Source of the DNA: the human T2T-CHM13v2.0 reference genome, Homo sapiens
NCBI RefSeq assembly: GCF_009914755.1
Contig: NC_060932.1
Length of the DNA: 64,000 bases
Direction: 5' to 3' (one strand)
Position 1 is the stretch's first letter. Every line of letters begins with the position of its first letter. The position numbers were made by a program, and so were the translations under genes. The notes under the pieces were generated by a model. The model searched no databases. It had not been told where the DNA came from and saw only the letters and a program-made list of their open reading frames with translations. Below are positions 27,241 through 39,082 of this stretch, piece after piece.

Positions 27241-29718
27241 ATTCACTTAATCAATCAAACAATCAATCAATCAGAATGTCACCTTACAATGGGATATATA
27301 CATGGAGGATGGAATTACAACCCTGGAGTCTCAAATCCTGAGTTTTATTTTTGGTGTGCTCATTCATTCCATTTTCTGTGATCTTGAATTAGGACCTTAA
27401 AATTCCTGAGAGGCAAAGGAAAAAGTCTGAAGATTTTCTGCCTTTAGATTTGTGAGTTGTAGGTGTTTGATAAAACATGAGCTTTTGAGTATAGAGGGAA
27501 TGTTGGGACTGTCAGAATGTTGTCTGCCTCCAGTTGATGGAGCCAGTGTAGCCGTTATAGTCACTCCAAAAGGTCACATCAAGGTAAAGAGAAACACTTA
27601 ATGCTCAAATTATTGATGTTCCCGTTAACATGCTTTCCCCACAAAAGCCCTGTCTGGCTAGAAGCCTGGGGACAAGGCCTCTGCCGACTCGATCTAGCAC
27701 CAACCTTGCTATAACTAATCCCCTGGTATCCTGTCTGGCTACCAGGGTGGAAACGGCCTTCACTTTCCAGGCAGCTCCAGTGATTCCTCCACAACCCAAT
27801 TCTTTTAAAAGCTGAGGGCCAAGTCCCACAGAGCAAGAGCCAGGAAATACCGGCCACCTAAGCTTTTGAGAATCAAGGAGTCAAAGAACCTAACAATGTT
27901 GGCTTGTCTTGGTTTACTTGGATCTGAGCCTCCTGAGAAAGATTCCTGTAAATGGCCTGAATATATATTTTGTTTCTCACTGCAATAACATTCTAGGACA
28001 TTGCCTCTGTTCAGAGCTCTCCTAAGCAGGCAGTAATTATGGGCAGTGGAACTAATCACTGTACATATACCTTTGTAAATCTGGCTCTCATTGGTGGAAT
28101 TTGTTTAACACCCCCCAAAGTAGGGTATATGCTTTTTTGGCATTAACATTAACCCTAGTCTTTAAGGGACTCTCACAAAATATGACACTGGATAAATGAG
28201 AATGATGTGATAGAAAAGTCCAGAGTTTCCATGTACTTCTATATACTGGTCCCTGGGCATGAAATTTGAAAAAGTTTTAGGTGCTGTTTACCTTCTTGAT
28301 GGATTAAATCTGAAAAAAAAGTAGGGGGGAGCTAAAAGACATTAACACTTTCTAAATTCTTTTATTAGTAAGAAAATACTGTGTTTAGGGGCTCAGATTT
28401 GTAAAAAGGAGGAAAAAACCCTGCAAATAACTTACTGTATTTAAGGAAAGTACTTCCTTTTCAAAATAAGAATACAATCAATTGCAAAAATTGCTTTGAA
28501 AGAAGAAAGAAATATTCACAGTGGGGCAACTTTCAATTGTATCACATAGCAGCAAAATCAATTCCTTTTCTTCCTGTTTATTTTTCATAATTTTTTATAC
28601 ATTTGTTAGTCATAAAACTTATTTTGCTTAAAAAGGCTTACCTGATTCTGAATCTGCCTTCTCTGATTTTTTTAAAAATAAATAGAAAGAAATTTAGATT
28701 TTACTTGTAACCAGATAAATCAGTTCACATGAAAAACACAGGGGACTGTAACTTTCTTGAAGGCCTAAGCAGCAGAGGAAATTGTTCTAAAGGAGGAAAG
28801 AGGGATGCTGTTGAAATGAACTCAGGTTTAAATGTGCCACCTGAAAAAAGGAGAGACAATATAAGTAAAGAGCACTAAATGTTAACTATTTTAGTATGAA
28901 TTTAGCATCAGGGATAGAGGTGATGGCTTAAACAGTAAATTTTACAAAGATAGCTGAGATTGATTTAGCATGGTATTCTACATTTTCCCTCTTTCCTTAT
29001 TTTACACCAACTTCTAGAAAGATGAGTGTGGGTTCTTCAAGCACACATGTACAGTGCATATAAAACTTAGAAGCATGTCAGAGAGAAGGTAAAGCTAGTC
29101 TTAGTGTAAAATATTTACAAATTATCTGCAGAGTTGTTTGTCCACATGCACATGACTGCACCTTAAATTTTTATAGATCTACTACCAAATAATAAAACAA
29201 TGAGTCACTTGTCTGGTGACTCCGTTTCTAAGAATATCCTAAGTGTGGAAATGACATATATTCCACATCGTGCGGAAGCTTTTCATTTTTCTGTGCGCTT
29301 TGCCAGCCTGTTAGGTCTTTGGGATCGTGTAGAGGTGGTGCAGTGGTATTGGGAAGGGAAGGTGAATGAATGCACACGCAGGTCCGTACCCAGGACAGAC
29401 ATTGCTCACCAGTCATAACAACCTTTCTTCTGAGTCCAGATGCAGCTTTAGACTCTTTCTCAGCACAGCATTCTAGGCAGCCACAACCAATTGCTTTAAA
29501 AGCAGGCATTCCAGTTGAGCCTTGTTACTATCTCTGACACGTTATATGCATGCTCCCAAAGTTTTGACAAAAATCCTACTGGACAAGATGAATCTGCTGA
29601 TGAGTGGACAGAGAGAATAGTTCAGAGGAGCCACAATGACAAGGCAGCAATACCTAAAGACCGCCAAATGAAAACGTTAAGTCTTTTAACCTTGGGAGTA
29701 AGTTTTTGGATGTAAGAG

Positions 29719-29721
<3 letters not shown>

Positions 29722-29758
<37 letters not shown>
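29722..29758. repeat. (GT)n microsatellite
   Basis: About 18 perfect GT units. Confidence 0.98.
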
Positions 29759-29762
<4 letters not shown>

Positions 29763-30202
29763 GTCAGGGACCTCCATTCTCGTTAGATATTTGAATTGCA
29801 TAATTAAATGTATACAGAGATGGCATGCTGAATAATGCCAATAAGAATGATAGTGAAAATGATACATCTAATCTGTAGTAGGCATGAAAGACTTTTCTAT
29901 ATTATCTCTGTTCTGCTCATTAACCCTGCAAAGTGGGCCCAGAGAAGATAAGAATCTCATAGAAGATCAAGCAGGTGGAAAGCAGAGGAGTCAGCATAGA
30001 AACCAAGTTTCGTATGACCTCCAAATATATGTTCTTTCTAGTCCAACATGTTGATTTTCACATTTGCAAATAACACGCAGGTGATATTTTAGGTGACAAC
30101 CAAGACACAAAATGACCTATCAGCTGGAATTATGGTTGTGAGCTAAGACTAAATTGAACAACAATCAATTTTAACTTATATAGTACAATTGTTCCTCTAA
30201 GA

Positions 30203-30546
30203 TAGCAGTCCTCAATCTTTTTGGCGCTGGGGCCAGTTTCATGGAAGACAATTTTTTCATGGACAGGAGGGTAGGAACAGGGGATGGTTTCAGGCTGAAA
30301 CTGTTCCACTTCAGATAATCAGGCATTAGAGGTCTCATAAGAAGTGTGCAACCTAGATCCCAAGCATGTGCAGTTTACAATAGGGTTTGTGCTCCTGTGA
30401 GAATCTAACGCTGCTGCTGATCTGACAGGAGGTGGAGCTCAGGCAGTAATGCTCACTTGCCCGCCGTTCACCTCCTGCTGTGTGGCTCAGTTCCTAACAG
30501 GCCAAGGACTGGTATGGGTCCATGGACTGGAGGTTGGGGACCTCTG
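30203..30546 (-). mobile_element. MER1B
   Basis: tagcagtcctcaatctttttggc...ggttggggacctctg; perfect 8-bp TSD CTCTAAGA at 30195-30202 and 30547-30554. Confidence 0.92.
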
Positions 30547-33049
30547 CTCTAAGATATAGGGAGGGTAGGAGGCTTAACAGTCTTTCCATTGAAAAGACTT
30601 GAAAGCTCCACTTTACTTAGGTTAAAATATGCCACTTATCTTGGCTTTCATTAATAGACAGAAAGTGTCCCGATTAAAGGAGGTGCTATTCCCAAGGAAG
30701 CCAGTGTGGAAATCAGGGGAGAACATACAGGAGGGCTCCCTTCTTATCTCCCCAGGATTCAAGAAAGGAACTTACACATATAGCCGTTTGTTGGCAATGA
30801 TTTTTAATATTTTTATTCAGCATTTATTTATTAGGAATGGGAGAAATTGAATTTCTAAAATTAATTTTCTAGACTAAAAAGTCTATATTTCTTCTTTATC
30901 TTTAAAATAGGAGATTTACTTCTGAAACTAAAAATCATTATAATTTTGTTCAAGGTTTTCTTTTGCTTCTGTTTTTCTGACACTAAAACTAGATAGTATT
31001 AGTGTCAGAAACATGAGGAGGATAGAAGTAACTTACATGGATATTATTTTACAGCATTATTCAAAATATGTATGTTTCTTTGGATTTTTCATATCTGTAA
31101 AATATTTTTTATTTTTCTCCTCAGTTCTTTCTTGTCATTTCCTAAACCAAATATATTCTTGGAAATCTTATTAAAGGGTTTTAGCTTTAAGTGGTCATTC
31201 ATAATGTGATTTGCCATTTAATATTTGACTTCAGAATGCTGGCTCTGTAATGGCTGATTTTAGGTGACTGCCAGGTGGCTGATCTCAGAGACGCCTGTGG
31301 GCAGCTTGGACCTTTCTAATCCTGTTGCAAAAATAGCCACTGGAGTTTTTGTTTTGTTTTGTTTTGACTCAAGTATAGTGTCTGGGACAAATTTACATAC
31401 TACAGTTTTATAAGAAGCCATGATAAAAACTCAGTTACCTGGGACCATATTCCATTTATTACGAAGATATTTAATGTCCAGTATAGATCAGTGCCCTAGC
31501 CAGCAGCAAACTGGTCCATACTGAGTTTGCTTCCAAATAAAAAAAAATCAAACTGCATTTTTGAGCATGCATTACCAAAACCTTTACTTTTATGACTTTA
31601 AACACATTAACTCTTTCCCTCTTCATTATTTATAAGTCAGAGTTAAATTGAAAGGGAAATAGGTGGATGATTTGGAAATTCAACTATAGGTACTCCACAG
31701 ATGGCTTACATTATACTGAAGGGTATGTAAAATTTGGCAGCATCAACAAATATACTTTCCTTACCCTCAAAATGAAAGAGAAAGTCTTAAATAGAAAGTG
31801 GGTATTTAAAATTGTATTCAAAGGTATGCTCTAATTCTTTGAAAATGCTTTAAGTAAGGGTCCGCATTTTAGAACATATTTGACTTACACTTTTACTTAC
31901 ATTACTGAGTAGTAGCACGTGCAGCTTAGTGAACTTCATGGTACTTTCGAATGAGGCAGTCAGAGACTGGGCAATCCTGTGTAACTAATCTTGTCGAGCC
32001 TCACAGGTGAGAATAAAGAATGTTCTTAAAAACAGCAACATACATTTCAATAGACATCTCTTAAATGTTTGCAGTAGTTTGTTTTCTTATCACTTTGATC
32101 ATCAAAGATCCCATCTCCTCCAGGTTGCTGATTCAGATTCAGAGATGTCGCCATACCTGAGTCTTCTTTTTTCACAGAAACATTACAGTGAAAGAGAATA
32201 ATATTTAAACATTTCGTTTGAAAGATCCTGCCAACCTTGTTACCCCTGAGGGCTCCTAGTCTTAGAAGCACAAAGTTTTAGTGTTTCAAGGTTAGGGTGA
32301 TATCTGCTGGGAAAAAGTATACATTTCTCAGCTTTGACTGTTGAATTAGACTTTTGCTTGTGTTCAGAGAAAGCAATTTGCTGAAAAGTCAGGCTTTGTT
32401 AAAAGTGAATTTGTTAAATTGCTTTAGCATATCAAGAACCAGGCTTGGAGGGCTCAGACCACAGAGTTTTTATGCACGTAGAAAAGGTCTCCTGACCAAC
32501 CATAGAATCTTTAATCTGTGTGGAGAAGCTGTTCTTTTATGGCAGCTAGGCTGTGAGATTTGATACTACAGGATATGCTAAAAATGTGATGTAGAGAAGA
32601 AAAGTCCCAGATCCACAACTTCTAACCCAAGCCTTTCAGGGGAAGAGGGAGATGAAGGTAGGAGAGACAAGAGACAAGTATTGTGTTAAATCTCTGTGTG
32701 GTTATCGACCTGGAGAGGGGAAATATATGAGGCAGGTTCAAAGGGACTTGGAGAAACTGATGACTTGGGCCTGTATTCATCTTTGGAGGTCTCAGAGGTC
32801 ACCTGGCAAAAAGTCTCACACAGTCTTCTGTGGGTGGCTGCACCACGATCAATTTAGTAAGCAAGAGAGATGTGGAAATTTGGCAAGCCAGAGAGAGCCT
32901 GGCATTGTGCTTCCCAGCCACCTTATCAGGTGGCCTTATGGAAGCTCAAGATCACTATGTGCACACAAAAAGGGGAAGGAGTCAGGCAGACAGCTGGCAG
33001 GAAGCGAACGGCCTGCTGAGACTGGCTACCAGGAGTGGCGCTGAGCTGC

Positions 33050-33100
33050 AGCATATATGTGCATGTGTATGTGTGTGCACGTGTGTGCATCTGTGTGTGT
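33050..33100. repeat. Alternating purine-pyrimidine (TG/CA/TA) low-complexity tract
   Basis: gcatatatgtgcatgtgtatgtgtgtgcacgtgtgtgcat. Confidence 0.8.
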
Positions 33101-33159
33101 AAGTATAAAATTCAGGTTTATGAGAAAGATTGGAATAGTCATAGAGAGATCAAGAAACT

Positions 33160-33523
33160 AAGTCCATTCTCATGCTGCTAATAAAGACATACCCTGGACT
33201 GGGTAATTTATAAAGGAAAGAGGTTTAATTGCCTCACAGTTTTGCAGGGCTGGGGAGGCCTCAGGAAACTTAGAATCATGGCAGAAGTGGAAGCAAACAC
33301 ATTCTCTTCACATGGTGGCAGCAAGGAGAAGTGCTGAGGAAAATGGGGAATAGCCCCTTATAAAACCATCAGCTCTCATGAGAACTCACTCACTATCACG
33401 AGAACAGTATGGAGGTAACTCTCTCCGTGATTCAATTACCTCCCACTGGGTCCCACCCATGACACGTGGGGATTATGGGAACTACAAGATGAGATTTGGG
33501 TGGTGACACAGCCAAACAATATC
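33160..33523 (-). mobile_element. THE1 solo LTR
   Basis: agtccattctcatgctgctaataaagacatacc...cacagccaaacaatatca. Confidence 0.92.
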
Positions 33524-34062
33524 ATTAACTATATTTATTTATTTAGTTAGTTTTGCACATCTGACTCTAGTTTAACAAACTTGGGACCCTAATATAAAGA
33601 AAAATAGAGCTGACAAAAGGTATATCTTATGCCTATTTTTGAGAATTGATTTGGGCACCATAATGAGATGAAAGGGGAGTGGGGTGCAAGAAAAGAGAGA
33701 GGGAGATATTTCAGCAGCAGGGGCTTTTAACTGTGCAGTCTATGAGACTTTGATGTTTTGTGAATAAGCCTACAGCCTATAAACCTATATAAGAAACCCC
33801 TGAATTTTTGTACTACCTTTTTAGGTCTATGGATTTTGGGGAGAGGGAGGATATATCACTTGTAGCAAATTTTAAGAAAGACACAGTTTTAAGTTTTAAG
33901 AAAAACACAGTAAAGAACCATTTTCCAAGCACACCGATTTCTTCACCCCAAACTATGTTCAGCTATTTCTGACTGGAGAAGTTTCTATTGTGTGACAACT
34001 CTGGATTGGAACCAAGAAAAAAAAGGCCTGAATTATGGGAAGAAGGATCCATTCTTAGCTGT

Positions 34063-34425
34063 CACTAAGGTCTGAATGTTTGCTTCCCCACATATTCATG
34101 TATCAAAACCTAATCACCAATGTGAAGATATTAGGAGGTGGGGTATCTGAGAGGTGATTAAATCATAAGGGTAGAGCCCTCATGAATGAGATTAGTGCCA
34201 TCATAAAGGAGGCTCTAGAGAGCTCCCTCACCCACTTCACCGTGTGAGGACACAGTAAGAAGGAATCATTTATGAACCTCAAAGCAGTATCTCACCAGAC
34301 ACTGAATCTGCTAGCACCTTGATCTTGGACTTCCCAGCCTCCAGAGCTCTGAGAAATAAATTTCTGTTGTTTATAAACCACCCAGCCTATGTTATTTTTT
34401 ATAGTACCCAAATGGACTATGAGAG
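34063..34425 (+). mobile_element. MLT1A0-like solo LTR
   Basis: tctgaatgtttg...cctaatcaccaatgtg...gcaccttgatcttggacttcccagcctccaga. Confidence 0.85.
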
Positions 34426-35949
34426 CTGTTTTGTTGTGGTCTCTTGAGATCAAGTTTTTTTTTGGAATTATTCCAGATATCCCAGAAGCATATTAGGTGG
34501 AGGTAGAATGCTTAATTTCACCCTGTGCACACCAGCCAGTAACAAATCCAAACGGGATGTTTGGGGTTGAATTCATGATCCCAAGATGATCTCAAGAATG
34601 CATGGAAATGGATAATGACTAGGAATCCCTACTTTTAATTAGAACACTAGACACTGTGGCCATTCTGAACTGTATGGTGAGTTGCTACTTATCAATGTTA
34701 TGAAGACTTAAGCAAAGGTATAGATAGTATACATTTGAATGTTTTAACTCAAGACACCAGCGGTCTTGCTCTAGAAAGAAAAAAAACACTGCAATGGGCA
34801 GGCGAGAGGCTTATGTTTACGTGCTGGATTTGAAGGAGCTCACCCATTTTCTTGAGGCTGTCGCGTTCCCTGCCAGTTTCCTATCTGTGTTCTCCAGGCT
34901 CTATCAGTCTATGGACAGGGAAGGAAATGTGCCATCTAGCCCCACAACTTAATCTCCTATGTTGTAATATTAAATGAAATTTAGTCGAGATTTCTATTTG
35001 AGGTGGGATGATGTATGGAGTCATTATAATAGATTCAAAATATAAATGTAAAAACCTCCTCTTTTGTTCCAAAAGCACTGTTCACAAGCAAAATTCTCCA
35101 AAGATCTGAAGGATATTTGTGAATTAGACTTTTGGGAGTTCTTCCAATTCCTCAGGCTTTGGTGTCACATGTTTTCAGACTGAAGAAAACATAAAACAAA
35201 TGGTTTTCATTGTTTTGAAACTGCATCCTGATTCATAAATAGTTCTGTCCAATGTTTCCTTGAAAACATTTCTTCTGACCAAACATGTTGGAGAACTTTG
35301 AGTTGGGAGAAGAGAATTCCTGAGCTATGTCATCATGAAATCGATCTATGCTGCCTCAGGCTTCTCCTGGTAATCAGAGCATAATCCCTGTGTTCCTGCC
35401 ATGAACTCTGTTTTCCATGGCATCTGGAGAATCTGACCTTTAAATGCTTTATCTCTTCAATGTCATTCTCAGCAATCAGAATGCCATTGATATTAGAGCC
35501 CATGTGCTGATTAAATCAGCTGGTCATCAGTTCAGTTAAGGAAAAATAAAAACGTAAAAACAAACAACAAACTAGTGCCCCTCAGACGTCAGCCAGAAGT
35601 TGGCATAAAATAAAGTCCATCTTCTGTGCTGCCAGTTATGATAGAGCTCCTTTATCCAAGTTTAGTTCCAGAACAAACTCGAGCCTCTCACCTTGAAACA
35701 GATGAGAGCCCCGGGGCACACACACTCAAAGGGCTCTGAAATTCTAGTCAATGGTTCATCTCTGGCTCTCCCAAGGTGACTGGTTTTGGGGATGATGAGT
35801 GGGGTGGATGTTGATGCACATAACCACAACCAAAAATGGCCATAGTGGGCACACTTTGCCAAGAGGCCTCCACATTTTAGTTAAAGGGAAGTAGAAAGAA
35901 AATGCAGCAATCAGGTTTGAATGTTTTTCTGAAACCCAGTCTGAGATTG

Positions 35950-36928
35950 CATTCCTCTCCTAGGACTGTTGCAACAAAGTATCACAAATTGGGTGGTTTA
36001 AGACAACAGAAATTGATTCCCTCACAGTTCTGCTAGCCAGAAATCCTAAATTAAGACAGGGTTGGGTCCTTGTGAGAGCACTAAGGGAGAATCTGTTCCA
36101 TTCCTCTGTCCCAGCTTCTCGTGGTTGTTGGCAATCCTTGGTGTTCCTATAAATGCATCACTTCAATCCCTGCCTCTGACTTCACATGGTGTTCTCTGTG
36201 TGTGTGTGTCAAAGTTCCCTCTACTTAGAAGGATGTTAGTCATATTTGATTGAGTTCACCCCACACCAGTATGTCCGCATCTTAATTTGATTATACCTGC
36301 AAAGACTATTTCTAAATAAGGTCACATTCATAGTTTCCGGGTAGATAGGATTAAAAAAAAATATTATGGATATATAATAGCTGTGGATATTTATGGGGTA
36401 CGTATGATATTTTAATACAAACATACAATGTGTAATGATCAAGTCAGGGTAATTGGGATATGCATCACCTCAAATGTCTAATCATTAATTTATGTTAGGA
36501 ACAATACAATTCCATTCTTTTAGCTATCTTGAAACACCTAATAAATTATTAACTATAGTCACCCTATTGTTCTACTGAACACTAAATCTTATTTTTTCTG
36601 TCTAACTGAATTTTGGTACCCATTAAAAAATCTATTTCCTGCTCCCTACTGCCATTCCTAGCATCTGGTAACCATCCTTCTACTCTCTATGTCCATGAGT
36701 TCATTTTTTTTTAGCTCCCACATGAGTGAGAACATTCAATATTTGTCTTTCTGTGCCTGGCTTATTTCATTTATCATGATGTCCTCCAGTTCCATGTTGT
36801 AAATGACAGGATTTCATTCTTTTAATGGCTGAATAATATTCCATTGTGTATATGTACTACATTTTCTTTATCCATTCATCCCTTCATGGAGATAGGTTCT
36901 TTGAGGGGACCCCATTCTATCCAGTACA
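35950..36928 (-). mobile_element. MLT1B/C LTR interrupted by an L1MA 3' fragment (about 36360-36890)
   Basis: MLT1 body 35950-36350; L1 antisense ttatggggtac...tatccattcatc; MLT1 end gaggggacccattctatccagtaca. Confidence 0.8.
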
Positions 36929-37874
36929 GAGACCATTCTGTGTCTAGAGACTAGTTAGAGCCATTGTTAAAGTTCCTGTCATGAGCAGAATATAATGCTG
37001 CTCAGGAGTCTTTGCTGAAGCCTTGATCCCAGATATTTATAACTACCAACATTTTTTTGCAATGAATTCTGATAATGTCTACATTTTCCTAGAAGTTAAA
37101 ATACTTGACAGAATAGTTTTTTATTTTATCTTCCCTACGGATTATAGTCACTTGTCAATTTCTGCCTCCAGATTGAGCTTTGTAAAAACATAGGAATTAG
37201 ATGAGAAGCTGCTTCTTCCTCTATTAAAGATATCACGGCAACTATTTCTCCTGTCTCTTGCTTCTGATGAGTTACTTTTTTGCTAATGATGATACTATCC
37301 TACTTCCAATGAGAGAAAGCCTTGGAGTTGCACCGTAATATGTTCAGAAGTGAACTCCTGTGGTCTGTCTGCATTTTAATAATGGTTAGTCTTGGTCAAC
37401 ATTCTCAAGCTGTTTTCCTCTGGACACTGTTGTCTTGTGACGTTGTCTTGTGATGTTGTATTTGATGTTCCGTGATAAAAAGATCATTGGTCCAACTTGC
37501 TTGGGAAATATTGGATTGTAAACACGTCCTAGAGACTCTCAGTGCACATTAGCATATCAGAGACTCTAAGAATGCAATAAAGAAATCCTAAATAAAGAAA
37601 TCTAAAATGTATCTAGGTTGCTCTGCCCAGTGTTTTGTTTAAAAAAAAAATCACTTTCAAAATGTTTTTTTCTAAGAAGTAAACGATTTAGAGAATACTG
37701 TGCTAATACTTGGAGAAAAAACCAGATATTTGATATATATCTCACCTGAAAAAATTAGACAACTGATACGTGCTCTGTAGTTTTTATGTTTGCTTTGTGA
37801 TTTTATCTTATTAAAGCTTCTTACCAGATGTCAGAGATGTCATGACAGAAAGACATTTAAAAATATTTAGAAAT

Positions 37875-38925
37875 TTTTTATTTTATTTATTTATCTATTC
37901 ATTTTTTATAATTTCAACTTTTATTTTAGATTTGGGGGTACACGTACCTAATTGTTACATGGGTATATTGTGTGATGCTGAGGTTCAGGATATGAATAAT
38001 TCCGTCACCCAGGTAGTGAGTATAGTGCACAACAGTTAGATTTTCAATCCTTCCCCCTTCCTTCCTCCCACTTCTAGTAGTCCCCAGTGTCTATTGTTGC
38101 CATCTTTATGTCCATGAGTACCCAATGTTTAGCTCCCAGGCATAAATGAGAACATGTGATATTTGATTTTCTGTTTCTGTGCTAATTCACTTAGCATAAT
38201 GACTTCCAGCCACATCCATGCTGCTGCAAAGGACGTGATTTCATTCATTTTTATGGCTGTATAGTATTCAATGGTGTATATGTACCATATTTTCTTTATC
38301 CAGTTCACTATTGATTCCATGTCTTTACTATGGTGAATAGTGCTGGAATGAAGTGTGTCTTTTTGGTAGAAGAATTTATATTCCTTTGGGTGTTGATGTG
38401 GTTTGGCTGTGTCCCCACCCAAATCTCATCTTGAATTGTAGTTCCCATAATCTCCACGTGTAGTTGGAGGGACCTGGTGGGAGGTAATTGAATCATGGGA
38501 GCGGTTCCCCCATGTTATTATTGTAATAGTAAGTTCTCACGAGATCTGATGGTTTTATAAGGAGCTTCCCACTTTGCTGGGCTCTCATTCTTCTTCCTGC
38601 TGCTATGTGAAGAAGGATGTGTTTGCCTCCTCTTCCACCATAATATAAGTTTCCTGAGGCCTCCCCAGCCCTGGGGAACTATGAGCCAATTAAATCTCTT
38701 TCCTTTATAATATACGCAGTCTTGGGCAGTTCTTTATATCAGCATGAGAACGGGCTAATACAGGTGTATACCCAGTAATGGGACTGAGGGGTCAAATTGT
38801 AGCTCTGTTTTAAATTATTTGAGAAATCTTCAATCTGCTTTCTATAGTGGCTGAACTAATTTACATTCCCACCAACAGTGTATAAGCATTTCCTTTTCTC
38901 TGCAGCCTCACTAGCATCTGTTATG
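37875..38925 (-). mobile_element. Older L1PA/L1PB 3' fragment interrupted by THE1
   Basis: tttcaacttttattttagatttgggggtaca...; ORF 38129..38422 gives NWIKKIWYIYTIEYY; resumes at atacccagtaatggga. Confidence 0.9.
38394..38762 (+). mobile_element. THE1 solo LTR
   Basis: tgatgtggtttggctgtgtccccacccaaatctc...gctaataca; perfect 5-bp TSD GGTGT. Confidence 0.95.
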
Positions 38926-38994
38926 AAAAACATCCATATTTTTATTACAGCAGGAATAGACTTCAGCCCTTTTATTTTTTAATAGACTTTATTT

Positions 38995-39082
38995 ATTTAT
39001 TTATTTATTTATTTATTATTGTTATTTTTTTTTGAGACGGAGTCTCACTGTCGCCCAGGCTGGAGTGCAGTGGCACCTGGCC
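38995..39082 (-). mobile_element. Internally deleted Alu retaining both termini
   Basis: (TTTA)n tail, Alu 3' end, then cacctggcc (Alu 5' end); TSD AATAGACTTTATTT at 38981-38994 and 39083-39096. Confidence 0.88.

Noticed and set aside
37429-37470. 13-bp tandem repeats (also 37577-37607 and 40215-40290) as an array or CRISPR-like structure
   Set aside because: Two or three degenerate adjacent copies with no spacers; ordinary slippage.
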